The position numbers were made by a program, and so were the translations under genes. A DNA stretch of 40,763 bases, taken from positions 128,001-168,763 of IMG/VR virus record IMGVR_UViG_3300029156_000001, one strand, 5' to 3'. How positions within the stretch are numbered: the stretch's first letter is position 1; every line of letters starts with the position of its first letter. The notes beneath the pieces were generated by a model. That model saw nothing but the letters and a program-made list of their open reading frames with translations, ran no database searches and was not told the DNA's origin. The DNA is from a virus (Duplodnaviria; Heunggongvirae; Uroviricota; Caudoviricetes). Positions 9,758 to 17,327 of this stretch are shown here, piece after piece.

Positions 9758-10311
9758 TGGGAAAATCATTAGATCTAGATGGTAAGCGTTTTGGTATGTT
9801 GATTGCTACGAATGACCTTAAAGTATTCCCTGGTAAAACCAGAGGTGTCACAATGCGTCTATGTCACTGTGATTGTGGACAAGACACTTGGGTTGTCACG
9901 ACTAAATTACAGAATGGCCACACTAAGAGCTGTGGATGTAATCAACGTAAGGGGCGTTCATTAGCACCTGGGCGTTCTGCTCACAACCAAATCTTAGACG
10001 GATATAAACGTGGAGCACGTTATCGTAATCTTGTGTGGCAACTGACAGATGATGAGTTTGATTCATTGACGGCAGGGAACTGTTTTTACTGCGGCCAATC
10101 GCCCTCAAAAGAAAAGGTTACAAGAGGACAAAACGGGTCCTTTATTTATAATGGCATTGATCGTAAGGATAATACCCAAGGTTATATTATGGATAACGTA
10201 GTGACATGTTGCCACGTATGCAATAGAGCAAAGCGTGCTATGCTATTTGATGATTTTGTAACATGGCTTAATCAGCTTTCTGAATATAGGAGTACGTTGT
10301 GCGTGTCTTAG
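9757..10311 (+). CDS. Free-standing HNH homing endonuclease
   Basis: GKRFGML..LC.CDCG..KSCGC N-terminal domain, CFYC..NGIDRKDN..GY..NVV.CC..CN nuclease core. Confidence 0.88.
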   Translation: MGKSLDLDGKRFGMLIATNDLKVFPGKTRGVTMRLCHCDCGQDTWVVTTKLQNGHTKSCGCNQRKGRSLAPGRSAHNQILDGYKRGARYRNLVWQLTDDEFDSLTAGNCFYCGQSPSKEKVTRGQNGSFIYNGIDRKDNTQGYIMDNVVTCCHVCNRAKRAMLFDDFVTWLNQLSEYRSTLCVS

Positions 10312-11303
10312 TGACTGGTAGTTCGGGTTTTGTAGGCCAACACGTTCGTCGCGAATTAGAAAAACGTGATCATGAATTATTGACTCCTTCGAGTCAGGAA
10401 TTAAACCTATTGACTGGCCATAAAGATGTTTGTTTTAATACTCAAGATCTTATTAAATTGGATCTTATAAACCATAAGGTAGACGCCATCGTACATCTCG
10501 CTGCAACCTGTGGTGGCATCGGTATCAATGCAGACAACCCCGGTCGTTTTATCTACGAGAACCTTCAGATGGGCATTAACATCTTGGAAGCCGCCAGGTT
10601 AGCTGGCGTTTCCAAGGTGGTAAATCTTGGTAGTGTCTGTGCATATCCAAAGTTCACACAAGTCCCCTTTAAAGAAGAGGACTTGTGGAATGGATACCCC
10701 GAGGAGACTAATGCTCCTTATGGTATTGCCAAGAAGACGATCATTGAACTTGGCATCGCGTATGCTCGCCAATATGGTATGAATGTCACCAATCTACTCC
10801 CGGCCAATATGGCCGGGGAGTGGGACAACTTTGATCAGTATTCCTCGCACGTCATTCCGGCCCTTGTTGCAAAATTTGAGGATCCACATTATCGAGGGTT
10901 TGTAACAAAAGACGGTCAGGAGTACAGAGGGATTATGATCGATTCTAATGAAATACCTGTACATCCATTTGTTACTTTATGGGGCACCGGCTCCGCGTCC
11001 CGGGAGTTTCTTTATGCTGGTGATTGTGCCAGAGCCATCGCTATTGCTCTAGAGAAAGATACGGGGCCCCAGCCTATCAACCTTGGTACCGGTCAAGAAA
11101 TTACAATCCGAGAACTTGCTAATCTAGTCAAGCGTGTAGGCGAATACGACGCCGAGATCACTTGGGACAATACTAAACCTGACGGTCAACCCCGTCGTGC
11201 TCTCGATGTAAGTCGAGCAAAGAGCGTGTTGCGGTGGGAGGCTACCACGTCGCTTGAAGAAACAGTCAAAAGGACTATCAGATGGTATCGAGAACAGCAG
11301 TAA
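10299..11303 (+). CDS. fcl: GDP-L-fucose synthase
   Basis: VTGSSGFVG, HLAA..GGI..N, GSVCAYPK, PEETN.PYGIAK, SHVIPAL, WGTGSASREFL, KPDGQPR. Confidence 0.93.
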   Translation: MRVLVTGSSGFVGQHVRRELEKRDHELLTPSSQELNLLTGHKDVCFNTQDLIKLDLINHKVDAIVHLAATCGGIGINADNPGRFIYENLQMGINILEAARLAGVSKVVNLGSVCAYPKFTQVPFKEEDLWNGYPEETNAPYGIAKKTIIELGIAYARQYGMNVTNLLPANMAGEWDNFDQYSSHVIPALVAKFEDPHYRGFVTKDGQEYRGIMIDSNEIPVHPFVTLWGTGSASREFLYAGDCARAIAIALEKDTGPQPINLGTGQEITIRELANLVKRVGEYDAEITWDNTKPDGQPRRALDVSRAKSVLRWEATTSLEETVKRTIRWYREQQ

Positions 11304-12316
11304 TCACGGGTATCACTGGCCAGGATGGTTTTTACCTGACCAGTTACCTACTTGAACAGGGCTACCGTGTCGTAGGGATCGTACGTCGTACCTCCCTCCC
11401 AACCAATACACGGCTGCGGACTCTACGTGGTAGCCCTAACCTTCACTTGGTACATGGTGATCTCACCGACGTTTCAAGCATTCAAAAGGCCGTCAGGGAG
11501 TTTCAACCTGATGAATTCTACAACCTAGGGGCCCAAAGTCATGTGGCAATGTCATGGGAATATCCTTTGGCGACCGCTGACATTACTGGTATTGGCGTAC
11601 TGAATTGTCTAGAGGCCATTCGTCAAGAGAAACCCGATTGTCGCTTCTATCAAGCTGGTAGTAGTGAGCAATTTGGTAACTCGATTGGTAAACCAATCGA
11701 AGGGGAGATGCAACGTTATCTCAATGAAGATTCACCCATGGAACCCGAGTCTCCATACGCTGCGGCCAAGTGTTTTGGTTATGACATGACTCGTGTCTAT
11801 AGACGTTCCTTCGATATGTTTGCTACTTGTGGTATTCTTTTCAATCACGAATCTCCTCTGCGTGGCGAAGAGTTCGTCACTCGTAAGATCACGAGCAACC
11901 TTGCCCGTGTGAAGTGGGGTCTGCAAGAATATGTAGAGCTTGGCAACATGGCAGCCTATCGTGATTGGGGTTTTGCTGGAGATTATGTGCGTGCTATGCA
12001 TATGATGTTGCAGCAAGATCAACCAGATGATTTTGTTATCGCGACTGGCGAGACGCACTCTGTCCAAGAGTTTTTCGTCAAGTGTTGTGATTGGTATGAC
12101 TTGGATCCCATCAAATCATATAAGAAAAATCCCAAGTATTATCGTCCAAAGGATGTTGATGTTCTATTGGGCGACAGCCATAAAGCACAGCTACAGTTGA
12201 CGTGGAAACCACGGTGTAGTTTTGATGAACTAGTTGATAAGATGTGTAGATATGATTATCACCTACAATCCCCCGACCCCTCAATGTCACGTAAATCCGA
12301 TGAGTTCCTTTTTTAA
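11282..12316 (+). CDS. gmd: GDP-mannose 4,6-dehydratase
   Basis: ITGITGQDG.YL, YNLGAQSHV, FYQA.SSE.FG, SPYAAAK, GILFNHESP.RGE.FVTRKI, RDWG.A.DYV. Confidence 0.97.
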   Translation: MVSRTAVITGITGQDGFYLTSYLLEQGYRVVGIVRRTSLPTNTRLRTLRGSPNLHLVHGDLTDVSSIQKAVREFQPDEFYNLGAQSHVAMSWEYPLATADITGIGVLNCLEAIRQEKPDCRFYQAGSSEQFGNSIGKPIEGEMQRYLNEDSPMEPESPYAAAKCFGYDMTRVYRRSFDMFATCGILFNHESPLRGEEFVTRKITSNLARVKWGLQEYVELGNMAAYRDWGFAGDYVRAMHMMLQQDQPDDFVIATGETHSVQEFFVKCCDWYDLDPIKSYKKNPKYYRPKDVDVLLGDSHKAQLQLTWKPRCSFDELVDKMCRYDYHLQSPDPSMSRKSDEFLF

Positions 12317-12328
12317 GGGAGAAACAGA

Positions 12329-12982
12329 ATGAGTAATGATCGTGGAGGCCGTGCGTGGCGAGCGGCAAAAGATAAGCAAACATCAAGGGTACGTCCTACT
12401 CTTGATCGCCCACAACGTATTGAATTTCTAGAACTTGTAGCACAAATGTCAAGTCGTATTACCTTTGAGCGTAAGCTTGGACTCAATGCTGCTGATGTCG
12501 AATTCTATAAGCGTGAATTTGATGTGGAAAGTCCAGACGAAGCTCGGCGTCTCGCTCGTAGTCTGCGTACCGCAGGCGATGACGAACGTGAGGCACGTAT
12601 GCTGGAAGAGACACAGAAAGCACGAGACGCCGAGGAGATTGCTCAGGCACGCCTTGAGGCCCTCGAAGCCAAGAAGGTGGCTGATGCCGCTTCGAAACCA
12701 GCACGTAAAGTGGACGTGAATAAGGTTCGTCAGGAAGACGCTGAACGTCAACGTCGTTTTGCAGAACAGCAAGCAGGCGTAGAGAAGCCTGACAGAACAT
12801 GGGAACTTCCTATGGAAGAAGGTCAGGGCTCACGAGCCGAACAAATTGATCGGTTCCGTCGTGACCTTGTTTATCATGGTCTAAGTTTTGTGCGTAGAAA
12901 GCATGGTGCTACGGCCCAGCAGGCTCGCTACGAGGCGGCACGTCTTGGTATCAAGGTAAACTGGGATATCATTCGTAAGTAA
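12329..12982 (+). CDS. Hypothetical protein with central charged coiled coil
   Basis: 217 aa ORF with GGGAG RBS, E/R/A-rich helical middle, TAATG-coupled to the next gene. Confidence 0.7.
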   Translation: MSNDRGGRAWRAAKDKQTSRVRPTLDRPQRIEFLELVAQMSSRITFERKLGLNAADVEFYKREFDVESPDEARRLARSLRTAGDDEREARMLEETQKARDAEEIAQARLEALEAKKVADAASKPARKVDVNKVRQEDAERQRRFAEQQAGVEKPDRTWELPMEEGQGSRAEQIDRFRRDLVYHGLSFVRRKHGATAQQARYEAARLGIKVNWDIIRK

Positions 12983-13704
12983 TGAAATTGACGAAGGAAC
13001 GTTTGGAAAAGCTATACGCCACTAGGTCGTTAGCTGAGTTAGCCGACCATCTCAGTATGGCTCGGTCTACGTTATATTATCACATGAAAAAGCTGGGAGT
13101 AGAACGTCGTTCTAAGAGTGAAGCTCAAAAGCAACATCTCGCCTCTGCTCCCCATCAAAGGATGGGTAAGCAGCACTCACAAGAAACAAAATCGAGGATT
13201 TCTGAGGGTACACGACAATTCTGGGATTCTGACGAAGGCGAGAAACAGAAGGAACGTTTGGGGGAGCTACGGCGTCAAGAATGGGATCAACGCTCCGCAA
13301 AGCAACGGTCGCGTGTGCTCAGCCGACTACAATCGGCAGATCGCCCAGCCCCCGGCGAGCTTTCCAGATTTGGTGAAAAGCTCACCGCGTTCCTGGGCGA
13401 ACGAGAGGATGTATCTACCGGAATCAGGCTAACACCTGGGCACGTATCTGATATCATTCTAACGTCACAAAGGGTCGTTCTCGAACTCTTGCTGCCAGTG
13501 TCCGTCTATGGTGAACAACAAGAACAAAAGCTGGCAGCAAGGTATGACCGACTCTGTGAGCAACTCAATGATGCTGGTTACCGCGTAATGATCGTAGAGG
13601 ATCGTTCTAATTCTATCTCGTTGGCAAGGTGCCAACGCATCTATGATGAACTCCTTGTTTTCTTTGAAAACAAGAAACTACAAAGGACAACTGTGATCTC
13701 ATGA
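12982..13704 (+). CDS. HTH + NUMOD3-like DNA-binding protein with Vsr/DUF559-like C-terminal domain
   Basis: SLAELA..L....STLYYHMKKLGV.RR (HTH), GKQHSQETKSRISE (NUMOD3-like), DII....VVLE...D..L..AGYRV. Confidence 0.6.
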   Translation: MKLTKERLEKLYATRSLAELADHLSMARSTLYYHMKKLGVERRSKSEAQKQHLASAPHQRMGKQHSQETKSRISEGTRQFWDSDEGEKQKERLGELRRQEWDQRSAKQRSRVLSRLQSADRPAPGELSRFGEKLTAFLGEREDVSTGIRLTPGHVSDIILTSQRVVLELLLPVSVYGEQQEQKLAARYDRLCEQLNDAGYRVMIVEDRSNSISLARCQRIYDELLVFFENKKLQRTTVIS

Positions 13705-14366
13705 AAGATCTATTCGAAACCAATTGGGAAGAGTTGCTTGAAGAAGGCGACCGTGCTACCCGCAATGAAGGCAGCGACACTATTGAAGTAGTTCTGCTCG
13801 CTGGTCTACAACGTCTAGCTCGTCAGGCTGGTATTGCAGAACAATCTTGTGTTATTCAGACGCCTGCACCAACGATGGTACAGGCCATTTTCACAAGCAC
13901 ATTTCGCGTTTGGGATGCAGCGTTATCAGAATATCTTGATGTATCTTTCGTTGGTGCAGCCGACTGTACCTCCAAGAACACGCAGGGCAAGTTTGCACAC
14001 TATCCAACCGCCGTCGCAGAATCACGAGCGGAAGCTCGTTCGCTTCGTAAGGCACTTGGGATTCGTATGTTGTCTTCGGAAGAAATTGGCTTCCGCGAAG
14101 GAGCGTCTTCGCTTGAAGCTTCACCGACCGGTAAGGCAGCAAGCTCCCTTGTCGCGGCCATCGTTAGCCTGTGTGAAAGTCGTGGAGTTGAACAAGTACA
14201 GGTACTTGAAGAAGTGCTTGATGATGATAGGGCTGCGACAATTTTTGAGCTATCAGAATTAACCACTAAAGAAGCCCAGGCAGCTATGTCGTGGCTCAAC
14301 GGACAAAAGCCCGCCACTAAATCAAAGCGTGCGTCTCGTAAAGCGGAATTGGAAGCCAAACAATGA
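13701..14366 (+). CDS. Putative ssDNA-annealing protein/recombinase (Rad52/Sak-like fold)
   Basis: LAGL.RLA, AVAESRAEARSLRKALGI..LSSEE helix motif, C-terminal L.ELT..EA helical domain. Confidence 0.5.
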   Translation: MKDLFETNWEELLEEGDRATRNEGSDTIEVVLLAGLQRLARQAGIAEQSCVIQTPAPTMVQAIFTSTFRVWDAALSEYLDVSFVGAADCTSKNTQGKFAHYPTAVAESRAEARSLRKALGIRMLSSEEIGFREGASSLEASPTGKAASSLVAAIVSLCESRGVEQVQVLEEVLDDDRAATIFELSELTTKEAQAAMSWLNGQKPATKSKRASRKAELEAKQ

Positions 14367-14578
14367 AACAAAAAATAGAGTTTGTGGAACGTCGTTTCAC
14401 TTATCATTCCCCCAAGGAAGGGCAACCAGAACGTTATGTTGCTCTTAGAGACAAAGCAAAAGAATTAGCCTACTTGATTGTTGAATCCACGCCTCACTCA
14501 GAGGAGCAAGTAAGGGCACTAGATAAGCTAGACGAAGTGGTGATGCTAGCTAATGCAGCAATTGCAAGGAATGAATAA
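14363..14578 (+). CDS. Acb2/Tad1-like helical-hairpin anti-defence sponge protein
   Basis: RFTYH.P...Q..RY..LR..AKELA..I....P.S.E...AL.KL.E.VM.ANAAIAR pattern. Confidence 0.7.
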   Translation: MKQKIEFVERRFTYHSPKEGQPERYVALRDKAKELAYLIVESTPHSEEQVRALDKLDEVVMLANAAIARNE

Positions 14579-14892
14579 TGGCAAATGTAACTGTAAGATG
14601 TGGTAATGTAACCGTCGAAGCTGAGGGTCAGAAGGAACTATTTGAACTCCTGGCAACGTATCAAGAGGTCTTTGGTGTCAGTGAGTGTGGTGGATGTAGT
14701 GGTACCAACCTACGCTACACCGTACGTAAGCAAGCTGACGGCAAAGGAAAAGAGCACACGTACTATGAACTACGTTGCCAGGATTGTTATGCCAAACTAC
14801 CGTTTGGACAACACGACAACGGCAAGACGTTGTTTCCCCGTAAAACCTGGGTCCGTTGGGATCGCGAACGTAACGAAGAGGTAGAGCTATGA
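14578..14892 (+). CDS. Hypothetical Zn-ribbon protein
   Basis: CGGC ... CQDC, coupled on both sides. Confidence 0.7.
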   Translation: MANVTVRCGNVTVEAEGQKELFELLATYQEVFGVSECGGCSGTNLRYTVRKQADGKGKEHTYYELRCQDCYAKLPFGQHDNGKTLFPRKTWVRWDRERNEEVEL

Positions 14893-15281
14893 GTCTATCA
14901 TTTGGTGATTATCAAGAACGTACTGCGATCACAGCTATTTATGGCGAGAAGATTGCAGAGATTCTAGCGGCCTTGGACCTGACTCCAGATCAAGCCGCCC
15001 CTATTCTGACGTTACTGAATATTGCCTATGTCAGTAATGGTCTAGGAGAAGTTGGCGAGGTACAGGGTAAGGTCAAGAAGGTCATTCGTGATAGCGGTGG
15101 CGTGATTGATGATGAGCGTCGTCAGCAACTTGCTGGCGAACTTGGTGACGTGCTGTGGTACCTAAGTCAAATGGCCACAGAGCTTGGTCTTTCGTTAGAA
15201 GAAGTTGCGACATCAAATCTCGATAAGCTGGCCGGTCGCAAAGACCGGGGCACGCTACAAGGGAGTGGCGACAATAGATGA
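14889..15281 (+). CDS. MazG-like nucleotide pyrophosphohydrolase
   Basis: GEVGEV..KVKK..RD, ELGDVLWY, N..KL..R..RG.L.GSGDNR. Confidence 0.9.
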   Translation: MSLSFGDYQERTAITAIYGEKIAEILAALDLTPDQAAPILTLLNIAYVSNGLGEVGEVQGKVKKVIRDSGGVIDDERRQQLAGELGDVLWYLSQMATELGLSLEEVATSNLDKLAGRKDRGTLQGSGDNR

Positions 15282-15568
15282 AGCGTCTCAATAGTAGACC
15301 CGCCGACAAACGATCTTTTGCCTGTCCTCAATGTGACAGATTAACATTGTTGCGTCCCCTAGACTATACTCCAAAGCTTGAAAAACAAGAATACAAGACG
15401 CGGGACGGATCGACTGTCGAATTGTTCACGGACGTTTGTGATAAATGTCAGGCCCGCAATTGGCGTAAGCATTTTGAGCCCTCTAAGAGTGATCTGCGAC
15501 GTGTCTTAAGGTCCATCCATGGAGACGCCGAACTAAGCGAAGAAGAGTCGCTCGAAGACCTACTGTAA
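15278..15568 (+). CDS. Hypothetical Zn-finger protein
   Basis: CPQC ... CDKC, acidic C-terminus, ATGA overlap. Confidence 0.65.
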   Translation: MKRLNSRPADKRSFACPQCDRLTLLRPLDYTPKLEKQEYKTRDGSTVELFTDVCDKCQARNWRKHFEPSKSDLRRVLRSIHGDAELSEEESLEDLL

Positions 15569-15571
15569 TAT

Positions 15572-16798
15572 ATGGCTAATCATCAGAACTATTGGTTCGG
15601 TACATGCCCGACGCGGCACACGGTCTCGTCGGGCCTTGTTCGTAATGCGGACGTGCTGATTATCGGCGGCGGGATCGCGGGCATGAGTATGCTATACAGT
15701 TTGCTCAACGCGGGCGTCACCAATGTATACCTAGTAGAAGAGTCCACTGTGGCGGCCCACGCATCGGGACGTAGTAGTGGTCAACTCATGCTTAGGGGTT
15801 TCAAGCTATTTCATGAATATGGTGAAGAAGTAGGGTCTGAGTATTTGCGTTTTATCGCGGACAACAATAGGCGATTCTTACGTGGTCTACGTGCCGTTGA
15901 TTTTGATGCTGACCTACGTGATACTGGTGGTTTGCGATTGGCCAGTAGTAAAGAAGAGCTAGAAAAACTTAATCTTGAGTCTGAATTTATTCTTAAGCAC
16001 TATAACCTTGAGTGCCCCATGCTAACGGCCAGTGAAGCACGGGGGATTGTGCCGCAGTCTAATTTTTTGGGTGGCATGTTTGTGCCCACTGAGGCTATCT
16101 TTAATCCTTACAAGGCAGTCAATGGTTTACGTGAGCTAATCGAAAAGAAAGGCTCTAGGGTTTTAACAAATTGTCAAGTGACTGGCGTTACTCGTGATGC
16201 TAATGGGTTAGCTGTTTCAATTCGTCACAGAGGTAGCATTCGGGCCAAGAACGTAGTGTATTGTACCAACGGCTATTCCTCAGAACTACTGCCCGAATTA
16301 AACGATGTAATGACACCGTTTCGAGGGCAGATGATTGCCACTGACTATCTTGATAGCTCCGTGGTGCAGCTTCTACCAGCGATGAGCATGACGTGTAATG
16401 ATTGCCATGAATACTTCCGTGTCCACAATGGCCGACTTTTGGTTGGCGGCATGAGGCACGAGGTACGAGGACAGCAGATGGGGTTAATCAATGATGGCGA
16501 GATTAGTCCTTCTGTTTTTGATAAGCTGCGTGGTTTTGTAGCCAAGTCGTTGCCTGTTGTCAAGGACGCCAAGTTTACTCATACGTGGTCAGGTATTATG
16601 GCCGCCACACCGGACTCTCTTCCTTTAATTGGTGCATTGCCGGGCCGCCCTAATGAATTCATTTTGGGAGGCTTCAATGGCTACGGTTACTGTCATGCCC
16701 TCTATGGTAGCATAATCGTGAAAGACCTCATTCGTAGTGGAAGTTCGATCCATCCCGGTACACAATTGTTTGATCCTGGGAGGTTTCATGTCCGGTAG
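15572..16798 (+). CDS. FAD-dependent oxidoreductase, DAO/DadA/PuuB family
   Basis: IIGGGIAG, ASGRSSG, P.RGQM, WSG....TPD.LPLIG, GFNGYG. Confidence 0.9.
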   Translation: MANHQNYWFGTCPTRHTVSSGLVRNADVLIIGGGIAGMSMLYSLLNAGVTNVYLVEESTVAAHASGRSSGQLMLRGFKLFHEYGEEVGSEYLRFIADNNRRFLRGLRAVDFDADLRDTGGLRLASSKEELEKLNLESEFILKHYNLECPMLTASEARGIVPQSNFLGGMFVPTEAIFNPYKAVNGLRELIEKKGSRVLTNCQVTGVTRDANGLAVSIRHRGSIRAKNVVYCTNGYSSELLPELNDVMTPFRGQMIATDYLDSSVVQLLPAMSMTCNDCHEYFRVHNGRLLVGGMRHEVRGQQMGLINDGEISPSVFDKLRGFVAKSLPVVKDAKFTHTWSGIMAATPDSLPLIGALPGRPNEFILGGFNGYGYCHALYGSIIVKDLIRSGSSIHPGTQLFDPGRFHVR

Positions 16799-17327
16799 TT
16801 TTTGTACACGCTGTAATGCGTATGTGACAGAAGAACATTGGTATTGGATGAATGATTCACGCTATACGGCCGGTGGCAAATGGCGTTGTAGACAGGCTAA
16901 ACGTGATGCCAATAAGCGATATAGTGATCGTATCAAAAGTGACCCCGATAAACTTGAGCGTCGGCGTCAGTATCATAGAGACTATCATCAACGTCATCCA
17001 GAGATGGCACGTTACAAATCTATGGTTTCTGGTGATAGCAAAAAAGGTAGAATGTGTGATATTAGCATAGAGTCTTACCGAGACATGATTGCTAAACCAT
17101 GTTACTACTGTAGCGTGACTGAGTGTGGCGGTCTTGATCGTATCAATAATGAACGCGGTCACGTTTGGGATAATGTAGTGCCGTGTTGTGAGAAGTGTAA
17201 TAATATCTTAGGCGACCTCCCTATTGAAGCCAAAGAAAAATTGAAAGCTGGATTACATGAAATTCAGCAAGAGAATTTGTTGGTGGATTGGGTTATCCCA
17301 ACCAAGAGGAGTCGTCAGAATGTTTGA
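16788..17327 (+). CDS. Free-standing HNH endonuclease
   Basis: CYYC..GLDRINN..GH..DNVVPCC..CN. GGAGG upstream of ATG 16788. Confidence 0.85.
   Translation: MSGSFCTRCNAYVTEEHWYWMNDSRYTAGGKWRCRQAKRDANKRYSDRIKSDPDKLERRRQYHRDYHQRHPEMARYKSMVSGDSKKGRMCDISIESYRDMIAKPCYYCSVTECGGLDRINNERGHVWDNVVPCCEKCNNILGDLPIEAKEKLKAGLHEIQQENLLVDWVIPTKRSRQNV

Noticed and set aside
10381-10396. TGACTC-cttc-GAGTCA inverted repeat
   Set aside because: It is short, lies inside fcl and has no U-tract, so it could be chance.
16254-16260. Additional TAGTGTA heptamer
   Set aside because: It lies inside the oxidoreductase CDS without the downstream GGTAG-like element, so it is probably a chance match.
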